64,000 nt of DNA from Lingula anatina. Taxonomy: Eukaryota; Animalia; Brachiopoda. The stretch is taken from assembly GCA_051362555.1 (NCBI GenBank), contig JBPQGU010000016.1, positions 2,046,001-2,110,000 on the forward strand, written 5' to 3'. The position numbers and the translations under genes are program-made. A model generated the notes under the pieces. It was not told the DNA's origin. It was given only the letters and a program-made list of their open reading frames with translations, and did not search any database. Positions 1 through 15,126 of this stretch are shown piece after piece (the first letter of the stretch is position 1; the number at the start of each line of letters is the position of its first letter).

Positions 1-1468
1 TATCATTTTGAACCTTTAGCAGGGCTGTTTCAGTACTATGACCCGTTCTGTAGGCTGATTGGAATTTACCATACAGAGAATGTGCTGTTAAGTAGTTGTT
101 CAGTTGCGAGAATGCCATTTTTTCCAGAAATTTACTAATGAAAGAGCAGTTGGAAATTGGTCTATAGTTTTTCAGCTCGTTTCTTTCAAGACTGCTCTTC
201 TTTAAGAGAGGCTTAACAACAGCAGTTTTACAGAGATCAGGAAAAATTCCAGACTCAAAAGATGTATTTGTTATTTTCATGAGTGCTGGAGATACTGCTT
301 CTATGCAATCCTTTACTAAGTATGTTGGTATTGGGTCCAGTGAGTAGGATTTTGCTGGCATGGCTTTCATCATGGCAACTACTTGTTCGATACTCACTTG
401 GGTGAATTTTGTCAGTACTGTTTGAGAAGAAACTGGTGACTCTATGAGCTTTGGATCATGTTTATCTAGGGTACATCTTATGTCCTGTATCTTTTTAGTA
501 AAGAATTGTGCAAAAACTTGAGGTAGTAAGTTTTTCTCTAAATCAGGCAGTACTCTAAGTTGGGTGGATGAAGAGTTAGAGATGTTATCAACAATTCTGA
601 ATAGGGCTTTCTGATCGGCAGAATCAATACAATTTCGGTGGTATTCTGCTTTGCATGTGTTAAGACGAAAATTATACTTGGATCTGGCATCTGTGAAAAT
701 CTGTTTATGTATTTCAAGTCTAGTGCCAAGCCATTTTCTTTCCAGCTTACGGATTTCCTTACGCTCTTCTAACAACTCTGGTGTGATCCATGTAGCCTTT
801 GGCTTTACTGTCACTCTCTTTTCCTGTAGTGGAGCCTGGTTATCAATGGCCTTTGATAACGAATTATTGTAGTGAGTAACTTGTAAATTTATGTCAGATA
901 TGCTGACCATCTGACTTAAAGCATTTGAAAGATCCCTGTTTAAGATGTCACTGTCAATTCTGGAAAGTAGCCGGCTCTGTTTGACTACTTTAGTTGGCGC
1001 TGGGCGGTTGGCATTGGCTACGAAATGAACTGCTGCATGATCAGAGGGCAAAGTGTGATCTACGAAGAAGTTACTGAGACATGAGTTTTTTCTTGTCAAA
1101 ACAAGATCTAAAACATAACCTTTCGAATGAGTAAAACTTTCAACATGCTGTTCAAGTCCCACTGAGGATAACAGATCATTGAATTTTTCCACGTCACTAC
1201 ATTCGTTGTCATCCACATGGATGTTGAAGTCCCCTGCAATTACTAAGTGACCAGATGAAACAATAGCTGTCTCCAAAAGTACAGAAAATTCATCAATGAA
1301 ATAAGGAATTGTATACTTGTGTTTTGCTGAGTACGGTGGCCTATATATTACAAATAGACGCAACAGTTTCTTTCTAATTTGCACCGTTAGGTCCATTATC
1401 TCAAACGAATTGAATGAATGATTTATGTTTTTTGCAACTTTCATGTTATTTCGCACAACTACAGCAAT
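1..1468 (-). mobile_element. L2/CR1-clade LINE ORF2 fragment (APE endonuclease plus start of RT), degenerate
   Basis: Minus-strand motifs IYRPP, GDFNIH, THSKGYVLDLVLT, SDHAAV, KTAVVKPLLKK, NYRPIS and HSTETAL. Confidence 0.85.
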
Positions 1469-2016
1469 TATTATATTTTGTAAATTTTCTGAATTTATGA
1501 AAGCAAAGTATACCGACATTTAAATACAAGAAAACAGGTGAAAAATAATTTTCAGAGTCAGTCAAAATTGTTACGTTTTCATTAAAAATTTGGAAAAAAA
1601 GAATTATCACAGAAATTAAAGCATTCTATGAAAGAGGACATTGACGTGAAATAGTTTGGCTATGTTACCGCGAAATGTGAGCAGTTGACACATCCAGTAA
1701 AAGGACATATTTTAAATAACATTGATAAATTCTTACATAAATAACGTACTCTAACTTAAAAGAAAATGCTCCTAATTCTTTTTTAAATCTGGTGCTCTGA
1801 ATTAATGTTTACCACAAAATATCAATGACAGCAAACAAGATCTAGACATAACGTGTATGTAACCTTTTGTAACAAATCTGCCTCCAAAGATTAAATAAAT
1901 ATGCACACTAAAAACTATTCACTTATATAATCTATATTATGACGAGGCTTCTTGTCCGACTTCATAACATGAAAATATATAATAAAAAGTGAATTCATTT
2001 CCAAGGTAGCTAGTGT

Positions 2017-2052
<36 letters not shown>

Positions 2053-2624
2053 TCTTGTGCACGCATTCTAACCGAGGACACACACCCGCCCGAAACCCAC
2101 TAACCGAGGACACACCTCCAACCGAGGACGTCCTCGGTTGACATAAGCAGTGGAATGCATAAAGGGGCCCATTTCAAGTTATGTGGTGAAATTTGACGCT
2201 ATTCTGAGCCAGTCCTCGGTAATGCTGTATAGCGCGGGCCAAATTCCCGCCACGAGTGTATCAGAAATACTGTCCAACTTTTTGTCTGAAATCGGGCTAT
2301 ACACACGCGTCCTCGGTTGTGCTGTAAAGGGCGGACCAAATTCCGCGTCCTCGGTTGTGCTGTAAAGGGCAGACTAAACTGAAACTAATGTTATATCTCA
2401 GATGTCTATATATTCAGTAAGTTCATATTTTTAAACTAAAGGTCTTTTTTATCTCTCCTAGGCCGTTACGTAACTACATAACTATCATCGCACTGTACAT
2501 ATTACGGCACGCTTCTTTATTAGTACAACTGACTTGGAGTGGTTTAAATAAAGAAGAACTGTCTGAATTTGTGGCTCACTCGGTAGATCTTAGGACCGAC
2601 AATCTTTTGAGGGTGCAAGAATTA

Positions 2625-3627
2625 CTCTGAAGTATCAAATAAACGTACCGGTACGTTAATTAATTTTCCAAATTTCTTCCCGCCGGTACGCTCCATTTTC
2701 ACCCAGTACGCTTATTAATTTTTCAAAAATCTTCCACCCGGTATGTTTATTAAATACATATTGTACCGGTGGGAAATTACACAAGTACAAGTCACGCTTT
2801 TTATTTTCTTAAATTGAAGTATAATGAGAAGAAAATTGAGATCTCAACTCATTACCGACTGTTCTACCAACAGCACTGGAAAGTAGGTCAAGCGGAAGTC
2901 GCTCTCTGAACACAACAGTACATGCGTCACCTGATTTCAGTTCCTATAAATGGACGTGCTTTCCCTTCAACAGTGACAACTACTCATGTACATCGATCGA
3001 ATGATGCAATGTCGCAAGGTGATAGGATCATATTTATAGCTAAGGAGGTCATTTCAAGTGCAGCAAAGAAGTTGTGCCTGTTTTCAAACGTCAATTATTT
3101 CATGCCGATTTATGATTTAAACGATGTTAAATCACATTTCTATGTAAGATAAACCCTTAGGAGTTTACAGGTATGCAAAACGAACCTTATATCTGAGAAT
3201 AAATTTACTATGAATAACGTCTCCGTATGGCTCTCGGATGCGGCTTAGGTGCGACATACCTGGGTCTTCGGCCCCTGACGATTATGAAATTTAACTCATG
3301 GCAAATATATATATATATATATATATATTTTTAAATAAATTAGATATCCCGTTTTTAAGATAAATTATAATACTGAGTGAATTTTACCTGGTGAATTTTT
3401 TTTTTTTTTTTACAATGATCAATAGCTAGCTTTTTTCTTTCTCTTCTTCTTCTTCTTTACTTTTATTTATTTATTTCATTTTTTTTTTTTGGGGGGGGGG
3501 GGGGGGGAGTGGTGCAAAGGTTTTTTCCACCCAGTACTTTTATTCCATCCAGTACTTTTATTAAATTTCGAGATTTTTTCCACCCAGTACTTTTATTCCA
3601 TCAGTTCTTTTATTCGATACTTCAGAG
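2625..3627. mobile_element. Tc1/mariner-pogo-type MITE
   Basis: ta|ctctgaagtatcaaataaa ... tttattcgatacttcagag|ta, with TA target-site duplication. Confidence 0.7.
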
Positions 3628-3658
3628 TAAATGAAAAGGGTAAATGGATCGTCCGTAA

Positions 3659-3870
3659 ACCCCCTTTACACTGGGGCGGCGTCCTTTGTGCGACCAAGAA
3701 ACTGGCATCACTGTGGTCGTAGAAAGGAGGTACAAGCATTGCTTTGGTTGAAAAAAATAAATATTTGGTGATTGGCCAGTTGTCAGAAAGTTAAGTATTA
3801 TAATTTTGTACTCTCAAATGGATCCGTACTACAGGACGCAGAAAGGACGCCGTCCAGTGTAAAGGGCCCC
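3659..3870. mobile_element. Small MITE (Harbinger-like)
   Basis: Inverted ends ccctttacactggggcggcgtcctt and aaggacgccgtccagtgtaaaggg. Confidence 0.6.
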
Positions 3871-4329
3871 TTAGCTAACTATGAATTAATCTACCCCTGA
3901 CAGTTTGAAGAAGGCTATGACATTATGAAACATTTATTATTACATAATGGCTCTGCGAACTACAGTCACTTCTTTTCACCTGTAGATCTGACCTGTTTGT
4001 TATACACCTGGCTGCTAGAATAAATACTAAATCTAACAACTGAAGTGAAATTATATTTTGAATGGGCCCCTGTCGGTCCATGTCGCTAACACAGAGCACA
4101 CATATTCATAAACACCGCATTTGCAAGAACCGCTTTGTGAAATAAAAAAAGAAAAAAAAAGACGCCCCGACAATTACGCGGCCTGATATATAGGCCTACA
4201 GTTCGGATATGCACACGGCAAAAACGATTAAGGGACCGTTCCCAGATCCTATCGTACTAACTATGGATCGATCTCTCCCAGAAGGAATGCTATATAAATT
4301 GCAATCAACGTAATCAGTGTGATCTGGCC

Positions 4330-6114
4330 AATTTTACAAAGTTGCTGTTTTTCCCTTTTCTCAGCATAATATTATATGCGATGCAACATTTTAAAGAGAA
4401 CCGATAGGTCTATTTTCATGAAACTCACAGAACTGATGAATATTAGTTAAACGCAGGTCAAGTTTGAAAATTTTCATAATGAGCTGCTTTTTTTTTCAGA
4501 AAATTTGCTGTTGTTTTTGCTTTTTTCAGCATACATGCAACACTGTAAACACAGTTCAAGGAGAAGCAATCGGTCTATTGTCATGAAACTCACAGAACTG
4601 ATGATTATTAGTAAAAGGGTTGTCAAGATCAAAAATCGGCATATCCGGGCCATTTTTTGTCAAAAGTTATGCTGTTTTTTTTCTGCCATTTTCAGCATAT
4701 AAGTAACACTGTAAGCACATTTCAGGGAGAACCGATAGGCCTGTTGTCATTAAACTCACAGGAGTGATCAATGTTACCAATATACAAATCAAGTTTGAAA
4801 ATAGGATTGATTGGTTGAGTTTTGTGGAAGTTGTGCCTTGTTTTGATATATATAAGTGGTTTTCCTCAGATTTGATTGTCAGGCATGTTGACAGTTTCGT
4901 TATTGAACTAACTAGATATGTAAATATGTTAGTGTTTGTCTGAAATTTTCTGCATCTTTACAACATTGCTAGTTGATTATATAAAAATGACGGTAAACAT
5001 GTTATCATGTACTGTGTAATACAGTGTCTCTAAATGGAGGAAATGGGGTGATTATTTTCAAAAGTTTTGCATTTTTTTTCTCCTTTTTTCAGTGTACATG
5101 CAACACTGTAAACACACTTCAAGGAGAACCAATAGGCCTGTTTTCATGAAACTCAGAGAACTGATGATTATTAGTAAATTAAAAAGAATGATCAAGATTG
5201 AAAATCAGCATGACCAGGCCCTTTTCTTTCAAATGTTATGCTGTTTTTTTTTTCAGCATATATGTAACACTGTAAGCACATTTCAAGGAGAACCAATAAG
5301 CCTGTTTTCATGAAACTCACAGAACTGATGATTATTAGTAAAAGAATGGTCAAGATTGAAAATCAGCATGACCAGGCCCTTTTCTTTCAAGTGTTATGCT
5401 GTTTTTTTTTAAGCATATAAGTAACACTGTAAACACATTTCAAGGAGAACCAATAGGCCTCTTTTCATAAAACTCACAGGAGTAATCAATGTTATCTATA
5501 TACAAATCAAGTTTAAAAATAAGATTGATTGGTTGAGTTTTGAGGGACTTCAGCTTTTATTTGTATATAAGTGGTTTTCCTCAGATTTGATTGTCAGGCA
5601 TGTTGACAGTTTCGTTATTGAACTAACTAGATATGTAAATATGTTAGTGTTTGTCTGAAATTTTCTGCATCTTTACAACATTGCTAGTTGATTATATAAA
5701 TATGACGGTAAACATGTTATCATGTACTGTGTAATACAGTGTCTCAAAATGGAGGAAATGGGGTGATTATTTTCAAAAGTTTTGCATTTTTTTTCTCCTT
5801 TTTTCAGTGTACATGCAACACTGTAAACACACTTCAAGGAGAACCAATAGGCCTGTTTTCATGAAACTCAGAGAACTGATGATTATTAGTAAATTAAAAA
5901 GAATGATCAAGATTGAAAATCAGCATGACCAGGCCCTTTTCTTTGAAATGTTATGCTGGTTTTTTTTCAGCATATATGTAACACTGTAAGCACATTTCAA
6001 GGAGAACCAATAAGCCTGTTTTCATGAAACTCACAGAACTGATGATTATTAGTAAAAGAATGGTCAAGATTGAAAATCAGCAAGACCAGGCCCTTTTCTT
6101 TCAAATGTTATGCT

Positions 6115-6155
<41 letters not shown>

Positions 6156-6600
6156 TTTTTCTTGTTTTTTTTTTTCAGCATATATGTAACACTGTAAGCA
6201 CATTTCAGGGAGAACCAATAACTTAAAGCCTGTTTTCATGAAACTCACAGAACTGATGATTATTAGTAGAAGCATATTAGTAACACTGTAAGCACATTTC
6301 AGGGAGAACCGATAGGCCTGTTGTCATTAAACTCACAAGAGTGATCAATGTTATCTATATACAAATCAAATTTAAAAATAAGATTGATTGGTTGAGTTTT
6401 GAGGGACTTCAGCTTTTATTTGTATATAAGTGGTTTTCCTCAGATTTGATTGTCAGGCATGTAAACAGTCTCATTATTGAATTTACTAGATATGTAAAAT
6501 GGGTTGTTTGACAATTTCTGCGTCTTGACAATATTGCTAGTTGATTATATAAAAATGGTGGTAAACCTGTTATCTTGTATTGTGTAAAAAAAAGTGCCAA
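4330..6600. repeat. Tandem array of ~160-bp monomers organised into a ~715-bp higher-order repeat
   Basis: The motif ttca(a/g)ggagaacc recurs at about 4556, 4721, 5118, 5282, 5439, 5833, 5996, 6203 and 6298. Near-identical ORFs start at 5092 and 5807 (715 bp apart). Confidence 0.9.
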
Positions 6601-9600
6601 AATGGAAATGAACTCGTATCATTGTAGTTTGTCAGATTCAATCATTCACAATGTTCGGAATGGAGGAAATTGGACATTTAAACTTGTTATAGTGATATTT
6701 TTGCCATCTCAACAATTTTCTTAGTTGATCATGTGAAATGGCAGTAAACTGTATTATTTTATGTAAAAAAGTTAAAAATGGAAAGAAACCCATTTCAGTA
6801 CAGTGCTCTCTTGTATACATTTAGCATTTTCAAAGTAAGACTTTGGAGTTCCATGAACCGGAAAACCTTTGCTAGTCACATTTTCTGAATATTCATGATA
6901 CTAATATTTTATTATAAAAAATTGATGATCATTATGCTGTTAAGCATTATATAATATTGCATCAAATTGGAAGAAAGCACAATTTGGGGTGCTGCTGGCA
7001 TGATGTCCTCAATTGTAAAATTGTGTACTGTGCAAGTCTGTATCCAATGGACGACATTTTGTGTTATCAAAATATAAAATTCATGATAATAAAAGAGTGC
7101 TAAATAGAAAATAAGCATTATGAAAATAAAATGTTTGAAAACGAATTTCTTTGGTCTTTTATTTTATTTCATCAGTATCCTTTCTTTTCCTAAATTAATT
7201 GATGTTTTATCTCATAATCTTCAATTCTAAAAAAGTGGCAAAGCCCAGCATTAAATATTGTATAACTGTTCATTTAATCATCACATCTGGTGTTATTTTG
7301 GAATTTACCTTAAATATGAAAGAATTTCATAAAAATGTGAATTGCTGCAAAGTAACGCTATATAAAATTTGCTTTGCATTAAAAGTACAATCATTATTAC
7401 ATGTAGATGCATGCAAGTCCTCGGTTGTAATGTGTAGTGTCTGTCCGTGTGTGTGTCCGTGTGTGTCCTCGGTTAGAATGTAAAATTCTTGTCAGCGAAA
7501 AATTAGTTTTTATAAAAAATTAATTTATAACATTCATACTCGAATAGATTTTACCCTAAATTGAATGTTTTTATTTTGATTTAACCAAGGAATAAGATGT
7601 CCTCGGTTGTATGGTGTTGTGCTGATGTCCTCGGTTGGTACACATAGACAAGTATGTGTGTGAGTGTTCGCGGGCGATTGTGCGTATGTGTGTGTGCTTG
7701 CATAAAACGTATAAAACGTATCCGGAACCGCGCAAATCTGGTAAAGAATAAAACTTCCAAACAGGCTTAAAATGTTTACACCGTTTAAAAATTTGGGTGT
7801 ACATCATTCAACGTATGATATATGTGGTTATACATGATATAGATTTCGTGTCTTTGCAGTTTGATATACAAAAACAAATATTTCTTTCTTTGATATACAT
7901 TTAGAATACAACAGGTTGTGGTAGGATTGTTTGGCAATACATGTCAACATACCAGTGTTCCTCGTTACAGTATAAGTAGGGAGGGGTGATATTTCACTTT
8001 TTTTGAAAAGGCAAGGTCTACCCCCCCCCCCCCCCCCCCCCCACTGAATTTATGTAATGGGACATAAAAAGTGTAAAAAAATATTTTACCCCCATTACCC
8101 TCACTATTCTATCCCCCCTGTACATACCCCCTGAAGTTAATGATCTTCACCGATCTGGCGGTTTTGGACGCTTGGTAAAATGTGTCATATTGAGAGTAAT
8201 TAAAATGCTCACAAAGGATAATATATTATGTTTGCAGTATGAAGCATATGTTTCCAATACGTACATCCCACAGAATTCCTCTTATTTGTTCTTGGAAGTT
8301 GAAAGATATGAAAAACTCACATTTGAGCGACTTTTACAATATTCCATGCATATCCTTACATGCATTTACTTGCAACTGCCTATGTATTCACCAATGAAAC
8401 CCAGTATCTTGTATGGCCGTAGTTAACTATTTCCATTTTATTATTAAAAAACTTTATTAAAAACATTTCATTTAGAACTTCAGGATGACTACCTGTTTCA
8501 GGAGAAACTAGAACAATTTTATGTTTTTTTTTGTTTTTGTTTTTGTTTTTTTTTTTTTTTGTTTCATGCATCTGTCCAGCTGTTTACGTGTGAACTGATA
8601 TACAACATTGGTCAAAAAGGTTGTCTCACCCCCATTTCCATGAAATTTTGCTTACAAATGATCACCTCACAGCTGTAAATTGTTAGTTGTTGTTTCTTTA
8701 AGTTGTCTGAATGAACTCCTCTGTAGGTCTAGGGTTTTAGAAGTAGATACATACATGATACATTTTTTTGTGATTATCAACACTTGCCTTTTGTTGTAAA
8801 TAATAGGAAATGGGAAAAAATATATTTGGTAAAACCCTAGAGGAATACGTATTTTAAAGGCAAAATGGGTCAGAAAGTCTATTCTAATGAGCATTATTTA
8901 GATCAATAAAAACCACCATGTTTGGATAACATACAAATTGTGTGTACTAAATGTAGAAATAAGCTTTATGCATATACCCCAGTGCCTGTATTGAATATGG
9001 TTGGTTGAATCGCCTAATTTGTATTAACAATTATTTGCTTTGGCAAAAATTGATGCTTAACAGATGGGAAAACTGTTTTTTTTTTTTTTTTTTTTCCACA
9101 GCAACCATGCTGGCTGGTTAAAATCACAATTTTCAAAATTGCTGACAAAACGCCCTAACGAATGTTTATGATATAATTAAGTTACATATTTAGCAGTTTT
9201 CTTTGTCATATTGGGGTAATGTATTAAAGACATTGTACTCATGATGTTGCTGAGATCATAAATATTCTTTGTCAAGTTTATATTGAACTCCTTCAACTTC
9301 ATATATCATCATATATGATCAGCCACATTTAATTCTTGCACTTCACAGACTTGTACTGCTTTATTTGTTCCCTGGATATATAAATGTCTAACATCATTCT
9401 GTTGGGCATCTCTTTTCAAAAATAGAAAAAATATTCTGAATAAATTTTGACAAAACATCATTTCACACTCACTTGCATGTACTCCAAGGCAACAAAAACA
9501 AGCAAGGGGTTGGCAGATGTCTTAAAATTGCTATTTTACCAAGTATCTGCAGCCCTGTGCAATATTTTGAACAGTTGTGTGCAATTATTAAACGTAAATG

Positions 9601-11266
9601 TAATTGAAATATATAGTTTTATTATTAGAACATAGTTTCTTGGGTTGATTTATCTTTCAAAAGAGATATTGAACACCCCTCCCCAAGTCACATAAGACAA
9701 GCAACCGACTGTATAGCATGATAAAGGGTGTAGGGGTAAATTCTGATGAGTAGGTGACAACCCTGAGACCAAGGTGACCATTGTTTTATACCAAAAGAAA
9801 GGCCAATCATCAAGAATTATTTTGATGTATCAAACATACTATTCAGATATAGCATAGTGTGAAATAAAATATGGGACTGCCCTAAATGCTTATGAGCAAA
9901 AGTGGTCTGTTTTTTCATTATTTTTTAGCTCTTTTAAAGTTCGATTGCCGCATAAAGTGAAGACGGCAGAGCACAATCACACATTATGTAATTGTATTTG
10001 ATTATGCTGCCAATCAAGATTTTGCTATAATTAATAGGAATACCACGATTTTAAATACTAATTTCTGAAGCGTTTGGCGCCAATAAAGTCCTAACTAATC
10101 CCATACGGGAAGCACAATTGTTTTTATCGACCGATACAATAACTGATACTTTGATTAGCCTTGTTCAATATCACAAAAACACAAACAGAGGAATGTCGAG
10201 GTGTGACCGAATGTTTTGTTTCTGCTTTTTAATTTGTGAAGAAAATGATACGTTTAACGTTAAGTAGATACTGGACATACGCTTTGTATATAGGGCATAG
10301 GGCATTCATACAGAACATGCCTCTCCGCCCGCACTGATACCCCGCAAACACAGTCTCTTATCTCTAGTGATGCACCCACCGCCCAGTTTCTATACCCAGG
10401 TTGTGTGACCAAGTGCGGAGAGGTGTGAAATTTTTAAAAAAGGATAACAACTGTTCATTTTGGCCAAAAAATGAATTTTCCTGGGGTAACCAACAAACTT
10501 CCCATACTTACCAATGGTTAGTGAATCCATTTCTACATTCAAAGAATCTTTTTATTATTATTATTAACTTCTTAATCTTGTTTTATATTTAAAGGCTTTT
10601 GTATTAATATTTAAACAGAGGTTCTATACGAAAATGAAAGGGTTATCTATAAGCCCCCTCTTCTGAGAAATAAGCTTTGATAATTGCGCCCTTTGGGTTG
10701 CCCTTACACGGAATCTTAACATCGGCAAACCTGCCTCAATTAAACAAATCAAGTAAGGGCAGGTGCTCCGTACTCCCAGTAGAGTTTTGACAGCCATCGT
10801 ATATACGTATATACACCCACCGCCCAGTTTCTATATGGTACATTTCTTAAACATTTGCCAAGCCAACATTTACGGCTGTACAGGTATAAGATCGGCGGTA
10901 AAAATTCCATTTCAAATACTTTTTTCACTTAAAAAGGAAAATCCACAATTCTGCTTGCGAATGCAACACATTTTCACCCATGTCATCTCTTGTCTACAAC
11001 GGTTATCTAGCACACTTTCGGGACTACCCAATTACCAGACGCGGCACGGAAGGATCCAAAATTCACCGTAGACCGGAGTACGCTACTAGTTTTCAAGGTG
11101 TGTATCAGTAATCTCTTCGAAGTATCAGACGCGGTATGCGCACCAGGCAAGAGGGTGTCCATCTAATACGATTCAGTTATAAACATCAAAATTCTTATTG
11201 GAGCTTTATTGCCCACCTCTCTGTTAATGACCAGTTGAAGACTGATTAACTTTCATCCCGGAAATT

Positions 11267-11269
11267 TAC

Positions 11270-11362
<93 letters not shown>
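11267..11362. repeat. poly-A + (TA)n microsatellite
   Basis: Seen directly in the sequence. Confidence 0.95.
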
Positions 11363-11365
<3 letters not shown>

Positions 11366-13592
11366 ATAAAATAAATAAAACAACATGGATACCCATTTCT
11401 TAATGACATTTTGTCTACACGTTGCAAGGAGGATCCTATCCCCCATTTTTTTTTTTTTTTTTTGTGAGTGGTGATTCTATAAAAATAACCTAGTTTACAT
11501 CAATTTTTTTATCTCTCATCTCTAACTAACCTGTATTAAAATATACAAATATACAGGAGACAGCTTGTAGGAAAACTCTGCCCTATTCCATCACATGTCA
11601 TATATTGTTGCGGCGCCTAGAATCATTCGCATATTCTTGAAAGTACCTGGCAGTTAAGCCTCCCACCATTAGCCCTCCAAACCCTAAAGTTTTCAACTTA
11701 AAAATATGTATAGCATCCTCCGAGTAAAGTTTGCCGCAAGTCTTTTTTCTATCAGAAGTACCGAGTGACTCATCTTTTATCAACTTTTTAGTTTTGTAAT
11801 ATGGTATAATGACTAGCAACCAACACGTGCCACCATGTTTAGTTACAAAAATATACAATAAAATGACAAAATTTGCATACGCAAATTAATTGCGATGGTA
11901 TTTACTCGTCGCAAAATACAGGCTCAAAACAAGGGGTCCGGTAGCAAAATACTACGCCTTCTGCAAATTTGCAGCGAATTTGCATCAATTTTACTGCAAT
12001 ATTGCAAAAAACTACACTTTGCAGCAAATATTTCTGAAAAACCACGTACAGTGTCAGAATGAAGTCAAAATGAGGTCCTTTATATTCTGCACCGCACGTC
12101 AACAAGTTTAGGATGAGGAAGTAGAGGATACCACCTTTGACACGCACGGTACATCGTATTTCACATATAAAGGTTTATAAAGGTCTTGTTCCTTAAATTA
12201 AGTGAATAATTAAGTGAACACCATTGTAAAAACCATAAAATACATTAAAGGTCGTGTTTTTATGTTTTGATGATCTTTAATCAGCAAAGCCGGGATTAAA
12301 AGAAGCATAATGTTTCTTTCACCATTAGATTCCATGACTGTTTTGATACATGTATTTCCTGGAAATAATGTAAGGAGTGGGTTTATATGATATTGAATTT
12401 ACAGTTTATGGCTTTATTAGATAAATCTTGTCAGAATAATTTGAACCATGTAAAAATAGGGAAGTCAAGTCCAAACTGATATTATATTATATAGGAATTC
12501 ATGAGCTTTCCAAAGCATTTATTTGTTTTTTTTTTCTTTTTCTTTGAAAATCAAAACAAAAAAGTCTCACATATATATGCAAACATATGTAATAGTTACA
12601 GCCAAAAGTGTCACCAAATTGCCCAACCAATTGAACAAAATAGGCATAACTTATTAATGAAGAAACATATTCATTTGACATTTTCAAACCAGTTACACTA
12701 TGCCAAGAGGAATCAATCCGTATAAAATTCCCTGGAATTTATCCATTATTTTCAAGGAAACCGCCGCTAAATGTCAGTAGCGATCAATACTGTGATTTGA
12801 TTTTTCAACTGTAATGCTTCAAATTCATTGCCCAAAGGCTACATTTGGATAAACATGATGCCAACATTGCAATAACGCTAAAAAACAAAAAATAAGGACC
12901 TTTAATATATCTGTTGCAATGGTAATTGTCATTTTGATAGCTGTTGCTATGGTAACAATCTGAATTATTTTTTATTCATCTTCATGAAATGTTAAACTGA
13001 AAATGAGGTGGGAGACACTCCCTAGGTAATCAATATATGAATGTAAGTTGAATAGTATACAAATAAAATGTCACTGTTGCCATGGGAATCAATGTTACAA
13101 TGGCTATTGCATTTAAGTTTTTTTTTAATCTTAAAATATTAAACTTATATAAAATGCCAGAAAACACAATTAAAATGAAAAATATCCGATCTCTGTAAGT
13201 CATCATTTCGCCAAAAAACAACATGATACCAGCTAGGATATTCGGAACCATGAGGTTTTTTGGAGAGACTGTCATAACATAATGAAAGTTTCAGGGATTT
13301 TCCATTATTTTGTTAAGAGAGAAAAATAAAAGATAAATAAAAATAATACTTTTGTTCACTTCTGATTGATTGTCAGTAACCATTCTATTTCAATTTAATT
13401 AAAATTCCCCTCCTCATGTTCACTAACGAGTTCAATGGTGAGAAGAGCATTAGGTACATCGATATCGTATACGATATCATACTCTGTTTGAACAATAAAA
13501 TGAACCCTATACTCTTGAATTGCAGAATTGTGCATTAATGCCTTTGTGTTTCGTGCAATTCTCAGATTTTCCTATTCACCCCCTCCCCTCCC

Positions 13593-13624
<32 letters not shown>

Positions 13625-14737
13625 GGGGGGGGGTCTGAAAAGTGCATCAGGCCAATATCCACCTATTGTAATTAGAATTTATACTAACTGATTAATAGTT
13701 CTAAACCATATCAAAACACCAAAACTCTTTCACCCCTTAGAAATAATCCAGTATCCGCCCTGTTGATCCACTTTGTTGCTGAAAGTGCTGCTTCTATTTC
13801 ATCGTGGTGCGACCGCCATTTTGTTTGCGGTAAGATCAAAGGCACTAATTTTCCAACGGCTCTTACGGATACGTCTTACAATAAAATGATTAATAAATAA
13901 GTCATTTGAACCAATGATTAGTTAAAGTATCACGGAAGAGGTTGCAGATTTTTATTAACTTCGTTACTCTTACACTTTGACACGAAAAATAATCACAAGC
14001 TTGGTCAGGTCAGGTTCTGTTAAACACATTCTGCAACATATCAGTCAAAAGTTTGCTTTATTCTCTGCTGAGAATCTCTGGATATGAGGCCAAATAGGAG
14101 GAAATAACATCCGTTGAGCAAAATTCTTAAATAGTGGGAACCAAACAAGGCAGTGAAATCACCGAAGATTTCTCACGGCATTTTCGTGTCTGGAGGTTTA
14201 CAACTTAGAAATGATAAATTGTAACGGATATTTTAGAAAGTCCATGTAATGTACTTTTTTAAATATATTTTCATATTTACCGCAGAACTAAAATCTTGGA
14301 AGTTACGCATGAAAGCAAACAGCGAGGTTAGATTTCTTTACCGTGTCGGACCGTGTGAAGGGCTTGACCTTACCCCCCTTATATTAAAAGCTGGCATTTT
14401 TTGTCATCAGAAAAAGTATTAGATAATAATAGGTTTCTACATATATGGAAACCATAGCAAAGGAACACAAAGGCAAAGGAACACAAAGGAACTTTTTTAC
14501 CTGTATAAAGAAAAACAAGCCAAACTTTATGGTGGCTAAACATGTGACCAAGGTGGATCAAACCATGAAACAAGGGTGGTCAGGCAGTCGAAGCAGAGAG
14601 CCGAGACCCGTCATTCAAATTTGGCAGCACGTTATTTATTTTGACACTGTAATCTAAAATATTTCTTTAAGTAAGTATATAAAAAGGTTTAATTTGACAC
14701 TGGGTTTTGACATGTCCAAAACAAGCTATGAGCAGCT

Positions 14738-14992
14738 TTAAAAACTTACATAATTATTTTCTTTGAAGCATGGATACTTTTTTAATGTCGTTTTAATACC
14801 AAGCCCCATATCAGCCTCACTCAGGAGTGCCACTTGATGTGGTCGTGTGCTCCTCAGCAACGCCTTTACATGCTTCCAATTTTTCTTAGTCCAAGCAGTC
14901 TGCAGTTCCTGCACTTGATGCTCTACATCCTTAGGACTTTCTACATGTTGCTCAACTACTGGTTCGTTCATGTATGTCTTCATCTTTTTCAA
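14738..14992 (-). pseudogene. Degenerate exon resembling an accessory ORF of animal EnSpm/CACTA elements
   Basis: Protein-like stretch HVKALLRSTRPHQ...LKKYPCF ending at a gtaagt donor. Family assignment is by recalled resemblance only. Confidence 0.3.
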
Positions 14993-15084
14993 TGCTGATG
15001 TGGTAGGTAGTATTTGCTGAAATGAGTGTAATATTGACTAATAAATCAACGACCAACGACCAACCTTTCGTTAAAATAAGTCAT

Positions 15085-15086
<2 letters not shown>

Positions 15087-15126
<40 letters not shown>

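Larger units (their letters stand above)
2064..7480. mobile_element. Non-autonomous TIR DNA element carrying nested MITEs and a tandem array
   Basis: TIRs cattctaaccgaggacacacac (2064) and gtgtgtgtcctcggttagaatg (7480), with subterminal aaccgaggac repeats. The flanks resemble sequence that is contiguous in the paralogous region near 17530-17700. Confidence 0.6.

Noticed and set aside
4330-6600. CRISPR-like array or repeated small genes (5092, 5807)
   Set aside because: Units are ~160 bp with no unique spacers, there are no cas genes, and the context is eukaryotic. The ORFs are by-products of the repeat.
8000-13300. Numerous 60-100 aa ORFs
   Set aside because: Low-complexity AT-rich translations with no recognisable motifs; expected by chance.
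13294-13303. NF-kB-like site GGGATTTTCC
   Set aside because: A single 10-mer far from either gene start, in repeat-like DNA; not distinguishable from chance.
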